Shown piece by piece: positions 15,590-16,511 of a stretch of DNA of 16,511 bases. The translations under genes were made by a program, and so were the position numbers. Under the pieces are notes generated by a model that saw only the letters and a program-made list of their open reading frames with translations, was not told the origin of the DNA and did not search any database. The stretch lies in contig JBIKLL010000062.1 in the NCBI GenBank assembly GCA_044359815.1, forward strand, positions 1 to 16,511, read 5' to 3'. Position 1 is the stretch's first letter, and each line of letters begins with the position of its first letter. This DNA comes from Pseudobdellovibrionaceae bacterium (GTDB taxonomy: Bacteria > Bdellovibrionota > Bdellovibrionia > Bdellovibrionales > Bdellovibrionaceae).

Positions 15590-16511
15590 AATTTACAAAA
15601 ATAAATCCATTTTCACGATTCAGTGAATCGACCGCAAAGGTTTGTCCACCGATTTGGGCTTGTGGTATTTTGACAGCAAAGGCTTGATTGTTCAAAGCGC
15701 TGACAATTGATTTTTTTAGCACTGAAGTTGCTAGCCATCCGCTGAACCCAAATTTCTGTTGGTAACTGGGTTGGACTTGGGTTTTGACCCGGGCTGAAAT
15801 ATTTTGAAAACTTAAATTTAAAGACTCATCCAGTATTTTAAATTCAGAAGTGAAAGAAACAGAATTTTTTAAATACAAGTAATCTTGCATTTCATTGTTT
15901 CGCTGACCCGAAATCCAAGCGTTCATCAGAGCACTGACTTGGATTTGATTGGTTTTAGTATCAGGCCAGGACAGTTTTGCAGGTTCGCTGGCGTTTAGTA
16001 TCACAGTGAAGCGGGCTTTCTTTGAAAAGTTCATTAAATCGGGCCACAGGAAAAATTGCAGGAATCGATTTTTTAAAAAACTGGAAAATGATTTAAATGA
16101 GTTCAGTTCTGCACGGTAAAGTGATTGTTTCGATACTGACAGAGATTCCATAGTGGCAATCAGCCAAGATTCCGGAAACACCATTTGCAGATTTTCGTTG
16201 ATTTGCGTTTCAGCCAGATCGGTGGCATTGAAATCAAATTGTAAGTCCCGCTGAGGGTTTTCATTTTGGTAGGCCAAGACTCCACCCATAGAAATATTTT
16301 TTGAATCAGCTTCAAATATTTGATTGATGCCTATTCCCAGTGATTGGTTGTCCAGAGCTGACCACTGCACCGAGATTTTTGATTTTTCAACAATCGAGTT
16401 AATCACTGTTTGAAGGTAATTTTGCAAATAGGTTTTAACAATCAGTTTTAAGGGTTCTATTTCTGATAATTGTCTTTGAAACTGCTGTTTGAGCATTTCG
16501 GCCAAATCCAC
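15576..16511 (-). CDS. Hypothetical protein, C-terminal part (5' end outside the window); possibly BPI/LBP (TULIP)-like fold
   Basis: Open frame runs to the window edge (311 aa visible). Long helices alternate with long beta strands. The fold guess comes from pattern only. The stop overlaps the convergent OMP gene by 14 nt. Confidence 0.55.
   Translation of the reverse strand: MDLAEMLKQQFQRQLSEIEPLKLIVKTYLQNYLQTVINSIVEKSKISVQWSALDNQSLGIGINQIFEADSKNISMGGVLAYQNENPQRDLQFDFNATDLAETQINENLQMVFPESWLIATMESLSVSKQSLYRAELNSFKSFSSFLKNRFLQFFLWPDLMNFSKKARFTVILNASEPAKLSWPDTKTNQIQVSALMNAWISGQRNNEMQDYLYLKNSVSFTSEFKILDESLNLSFQNISARVKTQVQPSYQQKFGFSGWLATSVLKKSIVSALNNQAFAVKIPQAQIGGQTFAVDSLNRENGFIFVNFKNK

Noticed and set aside
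1..16511. CRISPR array, tRNA/rRNA, IS/transposase, integrase, prophage or anti-phage defence genes
   Set aside because: No regularly spaced direct repeats, cloverleaf motifs, terminal inverted repeats or relevant protein motifs were seen. The methyltransferase lacks DNA-MTase motifs (DPPY/NPPY/PCQ), and the lysozyme-like gene has a signal peptide and no phage neighbours.

Overview
AT-rich, very densely coding bacterial window. It most likely comes from a Bdellovibrionota (Bdellovibrio-like predator); this is inferred from the FQNC-type lipoprotein signal, the Glt-like gliding genes and the many orphan secreted proteins. From left to right it holds: a lipoprotein with ~17-aa beta-solenoid-like repeats (-); a four-gene Glt-like outer-membrane module (beta-barrel, GltC-like TPR, GltF/CglF-like, beta-barrel) with no motor or inner-membrane genes in the cluster; a secreted lysozyme/lytic-transglycosylase-like protein followed by a small two-cysteine secreted protein (possible hydrolase-inhibitor pair); alaA; a glycosyltransferase and a Zn-ribbon SAM methyltransferase whose probable start codons are only 4 bp apart head-to-head; an orphan family-5 (OppA-like) solute-binding protein coupled to a sensor histidine kinase with no permease or response regulator; a four-gene operon (beta-propeller, DUF3833-like, DUF2878-like, outer-membrane barrel); and a partial gene at the right edge. 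I saw no rRNA, tRNA, CRISPR array or mobile element. All family assignments come from reading motifs by eye, not from database searches.
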